Shown here: piece by piece, positions 8,292 to 18,741 of the stretch
Numbering within the stretch: the first letter of the stretch is position 1
Layout of the letters: each line of letters opens with the position of its first letter
Assembly (NCBI GenBank): GCA_043822305.1
Contig: JBDRBU010000089.1
Span: 1 to 30,386, forward strand
DNA: 30,386 nt
Direction: 5' to 3'
DNA from: Candidatus Firestoneibacteriota bacterium
GTDB lineage: Bacteria > Oederibacteriota > D2-FULL-39-29 > JBDRBU01
Notes under the pieces: model-generated
Databases searched by the model: none
Told to the model about the DNA's origin: nothing
Seen by the model: only the letters and a program-made list of their open reading frames with translations
Made by a program: the position numbers and the translations under genes

Positions 8292-8447
8292 TCCAGATCA
8301 AGAAAAAGATTTTTAGAATAGCTAACATATTACCTTTTTTATTTTGGTTTCATCTCTTACACATTATCCATATACATTATATTATATATTTTGTCAAGAG
8401 AGAGGAAAAAATGATGAGAAAAATGATTGATGGACTTACATATTACC

Positions 8448-8476
8448 TTGCATTTTCTGCAAAATTGTGGTATTTT
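8448..8476 (+). promoter_or_regulatory. Probable sigma70 promoter for lepA operon
   Basis: TTGCAT-N17-TATTTT with extended -10 TG, 8 nt before ATG 8485. Confidence 0.45.
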
Positions 8477-8484
8477 AATTGTAT

Positions 8485-10287
8485 ATGGAACTTAATATTG
8501 ATAATATAAGAAATTTTTGTATAATTGCTCATGTAGACCATGGAAAATCAACACTGGCCGATAGAATCTTAGAGTATACAAATGCAATTTCTCCAAGATT
8601 AATGAAAGAACAAGTTTTGGATAAAATGGAGTTAGAAAGAGAAAGAGGAATTACAATTAAAGCCAAAGCTGTTCGATTAAATTTTAAATCCGAAAATGGT
8701 CAGGATTATATATTTAATCTTATAGACACTCCAGGTCATGTTGATTTTTCTTGTGAGGTTTCTAAGAGTTTATTTGTATGTGAGGGTGCCTTGCTGGTTA
8801 TTGATGCTTCCCAGGGCGTTGGAGCACAAACAATTGCCAATTTTCATTTAGCCCAGGAAGTGGGTCTGGAAATTATACCGGTTATAAATAAGATTGACTT
8901 GCCAAGTGCAGAACCTGATAAAGTAAAAAGTCAAATAGAGGAATTAGGTTTGAATTCAGAAGAAGCGATATTAGCCAGTGCTAAAGAAGGAATTGGCACA
9001 AAGGAAATTTTGGAAATGATTGTTAAAAGAATTCTCCCTCCCAGAGGTTCTAATAATTCACCATTAAGGGCATTAATTTTTGACTTGGTTTATGATGTTT
9101 ATAAAGGCGTTATAGTGTTTTTTAGAGTATTTGATGGGGAAGTAAGAAAGGGAGCAAAGATTTTAATGATGCAGACAAATAAAACTTTTGAAGTCATTGA
9201 GGTAGGAGTATTTATCCCGGAGATGAAACAAGTTGATCTGCTATCTGCCGGTGAGGTAGGTTATTTAATTGCTAATATTAGAAATGTTTCTGATGTAAAA
9301 GTAAGCGATACCATCACAGAGGCATCAGCCGACCCTTTAAATAAACCTCTTCGTAGTTATAAGGATATTAAGCCCATGGTTTTTTGTGGTTTCTATCCAA
9401 TAAATCCAAATGAATATAGTTTGCTTAAAGATTATTTATCTAAGTTAAAGTTAAACGATGCTTCATTGGTTTTTGAACCCGAGTCTTCGATTGCTTTGGG
9501 TTTTGGGTTTAGGTGTGGTTTTCTTGGATTACTCCATATGGAGATTGTGCAAGAGAGATTAGAGAGAGAATATTCGATTAGTTTAATTGCTACATCTCCA
9601 AATGTTAAATTTAAGATAATTAAGAAAAGCATGGAAGAAATAGAGGTATCAAACCCGGCCAAAATGCCAGAACAGGGAAGTGTGCTAAAAATTCTTGAAC
9701 CATATATATTAGCTTCTATAATAACTCCTCCGGAATATATGAGTTCTATTATTGAACTTTGTAAAGGTAAAAGAGGTGTTTATAAAAACACCCAGTATAT
9801 AACTTCAAGTCGTGCCCTGATTACATATGAATTGCCATTAAGTGAAGTTGTGTTTGATTTTTATGATAAACTTAAAAGTTTGTCAAGAGGATACGCTTCT
9901 TTGGATTATGAACATTTAGATTATAGAGAATCAGATTTAATAAAATTAGATATATTAGTTGGGGGTGAGATTGTAGATGCTTTATCTATCGTTATGCATA
10001 GAGAAAAAGCTTATTTAAAAGGTAAAGAACTTGTACTAAGATTAAAAGAAATTATTCCAAGACAAATGTTTGAAGTAGTAATTCAAGCATCTTTAGGAAG
10101 TAAAATAATTGCCAGAGAAAATATTTCAGCATTAAGGAAAAATGTAATAGCCAAATGTTATGGTGGTGATATTACCAGAAAAAGAAAATTACTCGAAAAA
10201 CAAAAAGAAGGAAAAAAGAGGATGAAAAAAATAGGCAGGGTGGATATTCCTCAAGATGCATTTCTAGCCGTTTTGAAAATTAAATGA
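8485..10287 (+). CDS. lepA: Elongation factor 4 (LepA)
   Basis: [88 protein letters not shown] 8485 preferred to TTG 8479. Confidence 0.98.
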   Translation: MELNIDNIRNFCIIAHVDHGKSTLADRILEYTNAISPRLMKEQVLDKMELERERGITIKAKAVRLNFKSENGQDYIFNLIDTPGHVDFSCEVSKSLFVCEGALLVIDASQGVGAQTIANFHLAQEVGLEIIPVINKIDLPSAEPDKVKSQIEELGLNSEEAILASAKEGIGTKEILEMIVKRILPPRGSNNSPLRALIFDLVYDVYKGVIVFFRVFDGEVRKGAKILMMQTNKTFEVIEVGVFIPEMKQVDLLSAGEVGYLIANIRNVSDVKVSDTITEASADPLNKPLRSYKDIKPMVFCGFYPINPNEYSLLKDYLSKLKLNDASLVFEPESSIALGFGFRCGFLGLLHMEIVQERLEREYSISLIATSPNVKFKIIKKSMEEIEVSNPAKMPEQGSVLKILEPYILASIITPPEYMSSIIELCKGKRGVYKNTQYITSSRALITYELPLSEVVFDFYDKLKSLSRGYASLDYEHLDYRESDLIKLDILVGGEIVDALSIVMHREKAYLKGKELVLRLKEIIPRQMFEVVIQASLGSKIIARENISALRKNVIAKCYGGDITRKRKLLEKQKEGKKRMKKIGRVDIPQDAFLAVLKIK

Positions 10288-11411
10288 AAGAAATAGGTAT
10301 TTATATTCATATCCCTTTTTGTATAAAGAAATGTAATTACTGTGATTTTAATTCATATGTAATCGAAAATGAGAGTTTAAAATCTAAATACATAAAAGCA
10401 TTGATGTTAGAGTTAGATAATTATGAGAAAGAAAATATTTTGATAAAATCAATATACATTGGAGGTGGAACTCCTACGGTCTTATCAGGTTGCGAATTAG
10501 AATCTATTCTTAAAAATATACTTAAAAACTTTAAAACGAAAACAAATATTGAAATTACAGTTGAAGCTAATCCGGGAACTATTGACTATGAAAAGATATT
10601 AATTTTGAAAAATGCAGGTGTGAATCGGCTAAGTTTTGGACTGCAATCAACAGATGATAAAATACTTAAGTGCTTAGGGAGAATACATACTTATTCAAAT
10701 TTCTTGGAAAACTATAATTTAGCCAGAAAAATCAAATTCAATAATATAAATATAGACATAATGTTTGGTATCCCCGGACAAACTGTTTCTGATTTAAAAA
10801 ATACATTATTAAAAGTTAAGGACCTACAACCCGAGCATATTTCTGCATATGATTTAACTGTTGAAGAAGGTACTAATTTTTATAATGATTTAAAAGAAGG
10901 TAGATTGAAATGTGTTTTAGAATCTGATGAAGTAGAAATGTATTATTTGATAATAGATTTGTTGAAAGATAAGTATTTGCATTATGAAATTTCAAATTTT
11001 GCAATGTTAGGGAAAGAATGTATTCATAATAAGATATACTGGACTAATGATGAATATATAGGAATTGGGGCAGGTGCTTGTTCAAAGTTTAATGAGTACA
11101 GGTATGGAAACGAAAAAGATTTTAATGAATATATTAAGTTGATATATAATAAAAATTCTGCTATATTATATAGAGAGTTTATAAATAAAGATACAGAAAT
11201 TAAAGAGACTACTTTTTTAGGGTTAAGATTATTAGAAGGTATAAATGTTAAGGAGTGGTCGGAAAGGTTTGGAATGGATTTTTTTGAGTTGTTTAAGGAT
11301 AAACTTGCAAGATTAGAGGATGTAAATTTAATAGAGATGGTAAAAAATTATGTAAGATTAACCAGAAAGGGTTTGTTTTTATCAAACGAAGTTTTTGTTG
11401 AATTTATATAG
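10284..11411 (+). CDS. hemW: Radical SAM heme chaperone HemW (HemN-like)
   Basis: [41 protein letters not shown] (HNxxYW); follows lepA. Confidence 0.92.
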   Translation: MKEIGIYIHIPFCIKKCNYCDFNSYVIENESLKSKYIKALMLELDNYEKENILIKSIYIGGGTPTVLSGCELESILKNILKNFKTKTNIEITVEANPGTIDYEKILILKNAGVNRLSFGLQSTDDKILKCLGRIHTYSNFLENYNLARKIKFNNINIDIMFGIPGQTVSDLKNTLLKVKDLQPEHISAYDLTVEEGTNFYNDLKEGRLKCVLESDEVEMYYLIIDLLKDKYLHYEISNFAMLGKECIHNKIYWTNDEYIGIGAGACSKFNEYRYGNEKDFNEYIKLIYNKNSAILYREFINKDTEIKETTFLGLRLLEGINVKEWSERFGMDFFELFKDKLARLEDVNLIEMVKNYVRLTRKGLFLSNEVFVEFI

Positions 11412-11441
11412 TCTGTATTTCCTAATAGGAGGGAAAATTAA

Positions 11442-11873
11442 ATGAAGACATATTATGCAAAGCCAAAAGATGTAGTCAGGAAGTGGTATTTGATTGATAT
11501 TAAGGATAAGATTTTAGGTAGAGTTGCGACTAAAATAGCCATGATACTTATGGGAAAGAATAAACCTACTTATACTCCAAATACAGATACAGGTGATTAT
11601 GTAATTGCCATAAATGCTGGTAAGGTTAAATTAACCGGAAAAAAGTTAGAGCAAAAAACAGATTATACGCATTCCGGATATCCAGGTGGACATAGGTTTA
11701 CTCCTTACAAGGTTTTAATTGCAAAAAATCCAGAAAGAGCCATAGAATTAGCTGTCAAGGGAATGCTTCCAAAAACTAAATTAGGCGATAAAATGTTAAA
11801 AAAACTAAAAGCATATAAAGGAGAAGTTCATCCTCATGGTAATGCAAAAAATATAGAAGTTATTAATATTTAA
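11442..11873 (+). CDS. rplM: 50S ribosomal protein L13
   Basis: RKWYLID...LGRVAT...[22 protein letters not shown]...HSGYPGG...AVKGMLPK. Confidence 0.98.
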   Translation: MKTYYAKPKDVVRKWYLIDIKDKILGRVATKIAMILMGKNKPTYTPNTDTGDYVIAINAGKVKLTGKKLEQKTDYTHSGYPGGHRFTPYKVLIAKNPERAIELAVKGMLPKTKLGDKMLKKLKAYKGEVHPHGNAKNIEVINI

Positions 11874-11885
11874 ATTTTAAGAGTC

Positions 11886-11904
11886 TGCCCGCCTAATGCG
11901 GGCA
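11886..11904. repeat. GC-rich hairpin between rplM and rpsI
   Basis: TGCCCGC-ctaat-GCGGGCA perfect 7-bp stem, no T-tract. Confidence 0.6.
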
Positions 11905-11929
11905 ACTTATGGAAAGTCAAGGAGGTAAC

Positions 11930-12343
11930 TTGGAAGAACTTGCAACGAAAGAAAAAGTTAAGAATATTATCACCGTTGGAAGGAGAAAAACTGCTGTGGC
12001 AAAAGTAGTAATGCGTGAGGGAGATGGTAAAATAACAGTAAATGGTATTGAGATGAATAAATACTTTACAAGACTTGCTCATCAGGTGGTTGTTAAAAAG
12101 CCATTAGATGTGCTGGGAGTGGCTAATAAATTTGATATAAAAGCATTTGTATCCGGCGGAGGAATTGCATCACAATCAGATGCTTTAAGATTAGGCATAG
12201 CCAGAGCGTTGCTTCAAGTAAGTGGCGAGTATAAAACACTACTATCAAAAAACAATTTACTTACAAGGGACCCAAGGATGGTTGAGAGGAAAAAATACGG
12301 AAGACCTGGTGCAAGAAAAAGATTCCAATTCTCGAAGAGATAG
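11930..12343 (+). CDS. rpsI: 30S ribosomal protein S9
   Basis: GRRKTAVAKV, GGGIASQ, LLTRDPRMVERKKYGRPGARKRFQFSKR; TTG 11930 after AAGGAGGT preferred to ATG 11909. Confidence 0.98.
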   Translation: MEELATKEKVKNIITVGRRKTAVAKVVMREGDGKITVNGIEMNKYFTRLAHQVVVKKPLDVLGVANKFDIKAFVSGGGIASQSDALRLGIARALLQVSGEYKTLLSKNNLLTRDPRMVERKKYGRPGARKRFQFSKR

Positions 12344-13689
12344 TGAAAAAATTCTATATTCACACCTTTGGATGTCAGATGAACAAGTACGATTCAGAAG
12401 TTATATCTGGCATCTTAACTAACGCTAGTTTTTCAAATACTCCTTGTTTCACTGAGGCAGATGTAATTTTAGTAAATACTTGTAGCGTCAGGGAACATGC
12501 AGAGCAAAGAGCTTATTCTAAGTTAATCGAATTTTTAGCATTAAAAAAAAATAAAAAGGATTTAATTGTAGGTGTTGTCGGTTGCCTGGCCGATGCATAT
12601 GCTGAAGGTATTCTATGGTTAGACCATAAAAGGAAACTACCTACAGTAGATTTAATAATAGGTCCTAATCATATAAGAAATATTGATTTATATGTTAAAA
12701 GAGCGTTAAACGGTGAAAAGCCAGTTATAGTCGTTGGGGATTATAAACAGGATTGGGAAAAAGATTTCACTATAGACAGGGTTAGTAGTAAGAAAGCCTG
12801 GATTGCTATCAGTAAGGGATGTAATTCATTTTGTTCATACTGTATCGTTCCATATGTGAGAGGAAGAGAAGAAAGTAAACCAGTATCTGAGATATTAAAG
12901 GAAGTAAGAAAACTTGTCCAATCAGGCTATAGAGAAATAAATCTTTTGGGTCAAAATGTTAATTCATATGGTAAAGATTTAAATGAAGGAATAGACTTTG
13001 CGGATTTATTAAGAAGTATAGATGAATTAGAAGGAGATTTTTGGATCAGGTTTTTCACATCCCACCCTAAGGATATCCCGGCTAAATTAGTTGAAACTAT
13101 TTCAAAATCTAAAAGGATATGCAATCATTTCCATTTACCAATTCAGTCTGGTTCAGATAAAATATTAAAACTTATGAATCGTGGTTATACTGCTTCTTAT
13201 TATAAAAATAAAGTAAAAGAGATCAGAGATAAGATAAAAGAAATTAGTATCACCAGTGATATCATCGTTGGATTCCCGGGAGAATCAGAAGAAGATTTTA
13301 ATGAAACAATTAAATTAGTTAAAGAGGTAAGATTTGATTTTGCGTTTACTTTTAAATATTCGCCAAGAACAAAGACCAAAGCTTATGAATTAAAAGATGA
13401 TGTAAAAAAAGAAGATAAACAACAAAGATTAAGTATCCTTATGGGTGTTCAGAATCAAATTGCGTTAGAAAACAATAAAGAACTTATCGGCAGGATATTA
13501 AAGGTTTTAGTTGAACGGGATACATCTCAAAAAAATGAAGTTTGTAGAACCGAAACTAATAAAATAGTAGAAATAACCAATAAAGACAAGATAAAACAGG
13601 ATTTTATTAGTGTTAAAATTATAAAAGCGAGTCCATATGGTTTAAAAGGGGAAGAGGTGTGTCAGGGTCAGGGACGACTGACTCCATAA
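12343..13689 (+). CDS. miaB: tRNA methylthiotransferase MiaB
   Basis: TFGCQMN, NTCSVRE, GCNSFCSYCIVPYVRGRE, HLPIQSGS, DIIVGFPGE, FKYSPR, C-terminal TRAM domain; GTG overlaps rpsI stop. Confidence 0.95.
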   Translation: MKKFYIHTFGCQMNKYDSEVISGILTNASFSNTPCFTEADVILVNTCSVREHAEQRAYSKLIEFLALKKNKKDLIVGVVGCLADAYAEGILWLDHKRKLPTVDLIIGPNHIRNIDLYVKRALNGEKPVIVVGDYKQDWEKDFTIDRVSSKKAWIAISKGCNSFCSYCIVPYVRGREESKPVSEILKEVRKLVQSGYREINLLGQNVNSYGKDLNEGIDFADLLRSIDELEGDFWIRFFTSHPKDIPAKLVETISKSKRICNHFHLPIQSGSDKILKLMNRGYTASYYKNKVKEIRDKIKEISITSDIIVGFPGESEEDFNETIKLVKEVRFDFAFTFKYSPRTKTKAYELKDDVKKEDKQQRLSILMGVQNQIALENNKELIGRILKVLVERDTSQKNEVCRTETNKIVEITNKDKIKQDFISVKIIKASPYGLKGEEVCQGQGRLTP

Positions 13690-13801
13690 TAATATATCTT
13701 AAATTCTTTAGGCAAATATGGTATAATGTATATTGGGGTCAAATGTATATTGGGGTCAGAGACGACCAAAGGAAGTCCCCGTGGGACGACCCCGACTCCA
13801 T
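13661..13801 (-). repeat. Cluster of GGAG-type REP-like repeats with a 17-bp tandem duplication and a nested insert
   Basis: Minus strand GGAG-TCGGGGTC...GTCTCT-GACCCC (13799-13752) and decayed GGAG-TCAGTC-GTCCCT-GACCCTGAC (13685-13661); AATGTATATTGGGGTCA x2 (13725-13758). Confidence 0.7.
13719..13727 (+). promoter_or_regulatory. Extended -10 promoter element upstream of kdsB
   Basis: TGGTATAAT; no convincing -35. Confidence 0.45.
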
Positions 13802-13833
13802 TTGTTTAATAGGTGGGAAAAGTGAAAAAAGAG

Positions 13834-14580
13834 ATGAAAGTTATAGGTGTGATTCCAGCGAGGTTTGCTTCTGAAAGGTTTCCTGGAAAGGTGCTTGTTA
13901 ATATATCAGGAAAGCCAATGATATGGTGGGTATGGAATTCTGCCAGAAAATCAAAGATTTTGGAAGAAATTTTTGTGGCTACAGATGATATAAAAATATA
14001 TGATTTAGTTAGATCTTTTGGTGGAAAAGCAATTATTACTAATAAATCGCATGAAAGTGGGACAGATAGGATTGCCGAGGCAGTAAAAAAGATAAAAGCA
14101 GATATTGTTGTAAATATTCAGGGCGACGAACCGCTTATAAAACCAGAGATGATTGATGAGGCAGTTTCGCCGTTCTTTGAAGACAAAAATATATATATGA
14201 GTACGCTTATTTGTAAAATTCAAGATAAGAAAATCTTATTTGATGATAACATGGTTAAAGTGGCCATAGATAAGAATGGATATGTGTTGTATTTTTCGAG
14301 GTCTATTATCCCTTCTTTAGTCAGAACGAATAAATTTGATTTTTTTTATAAGCATATAGGAGTTTATGTTTACAAGAAAGACTTTTTGTTGAAGTTTGTT
14401 GGTTTGAAACAATCAAGATTAGAAAATATCGAGAAACTCGAACAATTAAGAGTTTTGGAAAATGGTTATAAAATAAAAGCAGTAATTACACCATACGATA
14501 CAATCCCGGTTGATACACTAAATGATTTGAAAAAAGTTATTAGATTTTTGAATATAAGGACGTTAGCCGAGGATAGATAA
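13834..14580 (+). CDS. kdsB: 3-deoxy-manno-octulosonate cytidylyltransferase (CMP-Kdo synthetase)
   Basis: VIPARFASERFPGK, SGTDRIAE, VNIQGDEP, LYFSRS, HIGVYVY, EKLEQLRVLENG; ATG 13834 is the likely start. Confidence 0.96.
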   Translation: MKVIGVIPARFASERFPGKVLVNISGKPMIWWVWNSARKSKILEEIFVATDDIKIYDLVRSFGGKAIITNKSHESGTDRIAEAVKKIKADIVVNIQGDEPLIKPEMIDEAVSPFFEDKNIYMSTLICKIQDKKILFDDNMVKVAIDKNGYVLYFSRSIIPSLVRTNKFDFFYKHIGVYVYKKDFLLKFVGLKQSRLENIEKLEQLRVLENGYKIKAVITPYDTIPVDTLNDLKKVIRFLNIRTLAEDR

Positions 14581-14584
14581 TATA

Positions 14585-15898
14585 ATGAAAATATCAGTTA
14601 TTGGAGTAGGATATGTAGGGCTTGTTACTTCTGCTTGCTTGGCTAAATTAGGGCATAAAGTTATTGGTGCAGACAATGATGAAGACAAAATAGAAAAGTT
14701 AAAAAATTCTATAATTCCTATATATGAACCAGGATTAGAAGAATTAATTAAGGCCGGAAAGAAAAACGGTAAGTTAAGTTTTACTTCAGACATTAAAGAA
14801 GCAGTTAGAAATTCTGAGATAATTTTTATATGTGTTGGAACTCCTCCAAGGAAAAATGGAGAAGCAGACCTTTCGGCTGTTAAAAGGGTAGCCAGAATAG
14901 TAGCCGAGGAGATGACATCGTATAAATTGATTGTAGGAAAGAGTACTGTTCCGGTCAATACAGGTGCATGGATAAAAAAAACAATAAAATTATACAACAA
15001 AAAAAATATAGAATTTGATGTTGCCTCAAATCCGGAGTTTTTAAGAGGTGGCTCAGCGGTATATGATTTTTTAAATCCAGAGAGGATAATAATAGGCGTG
15101 GATTCAGAAAGGGCTAAAGATATACTTATGGAGTTGTATAAAGATATACAGACGACTAAGGTTATTACAAATATTAACACGGCAGAGATTATAAAGTATG
15201 CGTCTAATTCGTTTCTGGCTATGAAGATTTCTTTTATAAATTCATTATCTCATATTTGTGAAAGGGCTGGTGCTGATGTAGCAAGAGTTGCTGAAGGGAT
15301 GGGATATGATAAAAGGATTGGTGGTGTTTTAAATGCAGGTCCTGGATATGGTGGATATTGTCTTCCAAAAGATACTTCTGCTTTTATACATATGGCTAAA
15401 AAATTAGGATATGATTTTCATCTTTTAAAAAGTGTAGAAAAAGTTAATGAGGAGCAAAAACAATTTGTAGTTAAAAAAATAGTAGAAGCATTAGAAAAAG
15501 CAGGAAAAGGAAAGAAAACATGTGTTTTACAGGGAAAGCAAATAGGTATTTTAGGGCTTTCATATAAACCTAATACTGATGATATTAGATTTTCTTCCGC
15601 AATAGATATAATCAGAAAATTGTTAAGTAAGGGTGCTACAATTAAAGGCTATGACCCAAAAGCGCTAACGAATGCAAAAAAGAAAATAAAAAAAATTATT
15701 CCTTGCAGAAATCCTTACGAGGTGGCAGATAAAAGCGATGCTTTGGTTATACTAACTGATTGGGAAGAGTTTAAAAAATTAGATTTATTAAAGATAAAAA
15801 AGTTACTAAAAACCCTAATATTTATAGATGCCAGAAATTTATATGACCCGGTTAAAATGAAAAAGTTAGGATTTATTTATAAAGGTGTTGGAAGGTAA
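14585..15898 (+). CDS. ugd: UDP-glucose 6-dehydrogenase (UDP-glucose/GDP-mannose dehydrogenase family)
   Basis: GVGYVGL, ICVGTP, KSTVPV, SNPEFL, KYASNSFLAMKISFIN, GYGGYCLPKD, KPNTDDIR. Confidence 0.92.
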   Translation: MKISVIGVGYVGLVTSACLAKLGHKVIGADNDEDKIEKLKNSIIPIYEPGLEELIKAGKKNGKLSFTSDIKEAVRNSEIIFICVGTPPRKNGEADLSAVKRVARIVAEEMTSYKLIVGKSTVPVNTGAWIKKTIKLYNKKNIEFDVASNPEFLRGGSAVYDFLNPERIIIGVDSERAKDILMELYKDIQTTKVITNINTAEIIKYASNSFLAMKISFINSLSHICERAGADVARVAEGMGYDKRIGGVLNAGPGYGGYCLPKDTSAFIHMAKKLGYDFHLLKSVEKVNEEQKQFVVKKIVEALEKAGKGKKTCVLQGKQIGILGLSYKPNTDDIRFSSAIDIIRKLLSKGATIKGYDPKALTNAKKKIKKIIPCRNPYEVADKSDALVILTDWEEFKKLDLLKIKKLLKTLIFIDARNLYDPVKMKKLGFIYKGVGR

Positions 15899-15901
15899 AT
15901 G

Positions 15902-15995
15902 GTAAATCGTCAAAAGAACAACCCCCTAACCCCCTTTATTAAGGGGGAATTAAAAGGGGGAATTAAAAATTAGAGGGTTTTTAGTGAATATTTAC
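15902..15995. mobile_element. 94-bp IS66-end-like MITE carrying a CCCCCT...AGGGGG palindrome
   Basis: GTAAATCGTCA...TGAATATTTAC (9/11 inverted); internal hairpin CCCCCTT-tatt-AAGGGGG and 13-bp tandem AAGGGGGAATTAA x2; flanking 8-mers match only 5/8. Confidence 0.55.
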
Positions 15996-16011
15996 AATAA
16001 AGGAGGGTGAA

Positions 16012-16965
16012 ATGAAAGTATTAATCACAGGTATTACAGGATTTGTAGGAAGTCATTTGGCGGAATATTTGTTAGATAAAAAAAATGTAAAAGTTTATGG
16101 TTTAGAGAGATGGCGTAGTAAACAGGATAATATTGTTGGGATAAAAGATAAAATAATAATTCATGAATGTGATATAAGAGATGCTTCTTCTGTTAAAAAA
16201 GTTATTCAAAAAGTAAAACCAGATAAAATATTTCATCTTGCCGCCCAGTCTTTTGTTCCAACTTCATGGCATGCTCCTGCTGAAACTTTAACGACCAATA
16301 TCATCGGGGAGCTAAATATCTTTGAATCGGTCAGAGAATTAAGTATAAATCCCTGGATTCAGATAGCATGTTCAAGTGAAGAGTATGGAATGATTTATAA
16401 AAACGAATTACCAATTAAAGAAGCTAATCCTTTAAGACCGCTTTCTCCTTATGCTGTAAGTAAGGTAGGGCAGGATTTACTCGCATATCAATATTATATG
16501 AGCTATAAATTAAATATTGTTAGGACTCGTGCCTTTAACCATACAGGGCCAAGAAGAGGTGAGCCATTTGTAACATCTAATTTTGCAAAACAGGTTGCCA
16601 TGATAGAAAAGGGTAAACAAAAACCAGTTATTAAAGTGGGTAATTTAAATGCGATAAGAGATTTTTCGGATGTAAGGGATATAGTATCTGCATATTGGTT
16701 ATCTACAGAGAAATGTATACCTGGAGAAGTTTACAATATATGTTCTGGAAAAGGATATAAAATGAAAGAAGTTTTAAATATACTTTTGAGTTTATCCAAA
16801 ATTAAAGTAAAGATAGAAAAAGACCCGGAGAGGATGAGACCATCGGATGTGCCAGTACTTATAGGCGATAATTCTAAGTTTATAAAACAAACCGGCTGGA
16901 AGCCAAAAATAAAGTTTAAACAAACAGTAGAAGATCTTTTAAATTACTGGCGGGAAAGAGTGTAA
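16012..16965 (+). CDS. GDP-mannose 4,6-dehydratase / GDP-4-keto-6-deoxy-D-mannose reductase (Rmd-like) SDR
   Basis: GITGFVG, HLAAQSFV, SSEEYG, YAVSK (YxxxK), FNHTGPRR (not the NHESPRR typical of Gmd), RPSDVP. Confidence 0.85.
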   Translation: MKVLITGITGFVGSHLAEYLLDKKNVKVYGLERWRSKQDNIVGIKDKIIIHECDIRDASSVKKVIQKVKPDKIFHLAAQSFVPTSWHAPAETLTTNIIGELNIFESVRELSINPWIQIACSSEEYGMIYKNELPIKEANPLRPLSPYAVSKVGQDLLAYQYYMSYKLNIVRTRAFNHTGPRRGEPFVTSNFAKQVAMIEKGKQKPVIKVGNLNAIRDFSDVRDIVSAYWLSTEKCIPGEVYNICSGKGYKMKEVLNILLSLSKIKVKIEKDPERMRPSDVPVLIGDNSKFIKQTGWKPKIKFKQTVEDLLNYWRERV

Positions 16966-18668
16966 TGTTGGGAAAAAATGTCAAAGAAATAGCTGCTTAT
17001 ATAATTGCCGGATTTTTATGTATTATAATATTAATTATTGTTATGCAGTTATGGAAATCTGATTTATCAGTGCCTTTTGAATATAAATCCGATGCACTTA
17101 TTATCGCAAAAGATGTTAAAGGCGTGATTGATAATGGCTGGATATTGAAAAATAAATATTTGGGCGCTCCTTATTGTTTTGAAATGTATGACTATCCTAC
17201 TTCGGATGGGTTGCTTTTTTTGATAATAAAAATAATTTCGTTGTTTACTTCAAATTGGGTCATGGTTATGAATATATTTTTTATTATGACTTTCCCTTTG
17301 GTCGCATTAACTACAATGTTTGTCTTCAGGCAGTTTAAGGTTTCCATCACTACTTCAATTTTAGGCGGTTTGCTTTATGCTTTTATCCCGTATCATTTTA
17401 TAAGAGGTGTTCATCATCTGTTTTTATCCGCATATTTTATGGTTCCTTTGATGGTCATGGTAATATTATGGGTTTTTACCGGTTTAAATATTAAAAATTC
17501 AAAAGTATTAACCAGTTTGATTGTGTGTGTTTTGGTTTCTTCAACAGGTATTTATTATGCGGCTTTTTCATGTCTTTTTCTTATAATAGCCGGGATATAT
17601 TGTTATTTAAATAATAATGGCCAAAAGAATCTGCTGGTTGTATCTATTTTAATAGCCGTTATCTTTCTGGGGGTAATTATCAATCTGTCTCCATCAATAG
17701 TACACAGGATAAACAACGGGGTAAATACTGAAGCGGCCAAAAGAAATATAGGAGAGGCAGAAAGATATGGTTTAAGAATAACACAATTGATGCTTCCTGT
17801 GAGCGGGCATAGGATTCCGTCTTTAGCCAAAATAAAAGCACAGTATAACGACAAAGCGATTTATGTGAACGAGAATGATGCTGTTACTTTAGGCATTATA
17901 GGTACTGTGGGTTTTATAATACTGATTATAACTCTTTTTAACAGGACTCATATTAATAGTTTTACAACATTGAATAATTTAAGTATACTTAATATATTTT
18001 CTATTTTAATATCGACCATAGGCGGGATGGGGGCTGTTTTTTCGGCTATTTTTTTTAACAAGATAAGAGCGTATAACAGAATTTCAGTTTTTATTTCGTA
18101 TTTTTCTATATTGGCCATAGTGATTATTCTAGATTTTATATATAAGAAGTACTGCCTTGACAATAAAAAGAAAAGTATTTATTATTTTATAATAATAATT
18201 ATTCTTATTGTTGGTATCTTTGACCAAACAAGTGCGAGTTTTGTTCCTGAGTATGAAAAAATAAAAAATGAATATTTAAATGATAGCGAATTTATAAAAT
18301 CAATTGAATCTTCTGTGGAACCCGGAGCAATGATTTACCAGATGCCTTATGTCCCTTTTCCAGAAAGTCCACCGGTTAATAAGATGGATGATTACGAACA
18401 CTTTAAAGCATCCCTTCATTCAAAAAATATCAAATGGAGTTATGGATCTATGAAAGGAAGAATAGGGGACATATGGCAGAAAGAACTAAATAGCCAACAG
18501 TTGAATGAACTCGTTGATACATTAAAAAAATCAGGTTTTTCGGGTATATATATTAACAGGGATGGATATGAAGATAAAGGAAACAGTATAGAATCAAAAT
18601 TAAACAAACTTATAAAAAATAAGTCATGGGAAAGTTCTGACGAAAGATTGGTATTCTATGGGTTCTAA
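16965..18668 (+). CDS. Multi-pass membrane protein, putative GT-C-fold glycosyltransferase/ligase
   Basis: About 11-13 hydrophobic segments, early loop Asp (KSDA), LYAFIPYHF, C-terminal soluble domain (PFPE...YEHF...WSYG); inside polysaccharide locus. Confidence 0.6.
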   Translation: MLGKNVKEIAAYIIAGFLCIIILIIVMQLWKSDLSVPFEYKSDALIIAKDVKGVIDNGWILKNKYLGAPYCFEMYDYPTSDGLLFLIIKIISLFTSNWVMVMNIFFIMTFPLVALTTMFVFRQFKVSITTSILGGLLYAFIPYHFIRGVHHLFLSAYFMVPLMVMVILWVFTGLNIKNSKVLTSLIVCVLVSSTGIYYAAFSCLFLIIAGIYCYLNNNGQKNLLVVSILIAVIFLGVIINLSPSIVHRINNGVNTEAAKRNIGEAERYGLRITQLMLPVSGHRIPSLAKIKAQYNDKAIYVNENDAVTLGIIGTVGFIILIITLFNRTHINSFTTLNNLSILNIFSILISTIGGMGAVFSAIFFNKIRAYNRISVFISYFSILAIVIILDFIYKKYCLDNKKKSIYYFIIIIILIVGIFDQTSASFVPEYEKIKNEYLNDSEFIKSIESSVEPGAMIYQMPYVPFPESPPVNKMDDYEHFKASLHSKNIKWSYGSMKGRIGDIWQKELNSQQLNELVDTLKKSGFSGIYINRDGYEDKGNSIESKLNKLIKNKSWESSDERLVFYGF

Positions 18669-18690
18669 ATAAGGGTAAATATTTATATAT

Positions 18691-18741
18691 GGAGTGCATC
18701 ATCCATGATGCAAATAAGCATTGACACAGTCAATGCACTCC
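18691..18741. repeat. GGAG-type REP doublet
   Basis: GGAG-TGCATCAT-cc-ATGATGCA on + and GGAG-TGCATTGAC-tgt-GTCAATGC on -, inverted. Confidence 0.75.

Larger units (their letters stand above)
8151..8333. mobile_element. 183-bp MITE-like element carrying REP-type palindromes
   Basis: 24-bp TIRs (8151-8174 / 8310-8333, 20/24 match, GTAATATGT...ACATATTAC) flanked by an exact 8-bp direct repeat CTTTTTTA (8143-8150, 8334-8341). Confidence 0.75.

Noticed and set aside
15025..15055. Ugd motif NPEFLRGG instead of the usual NPEFLREG
   Set aside because: Single substitution with catalytic Cys/Lys motifs intact; cannot distinguish variant from sequencing error
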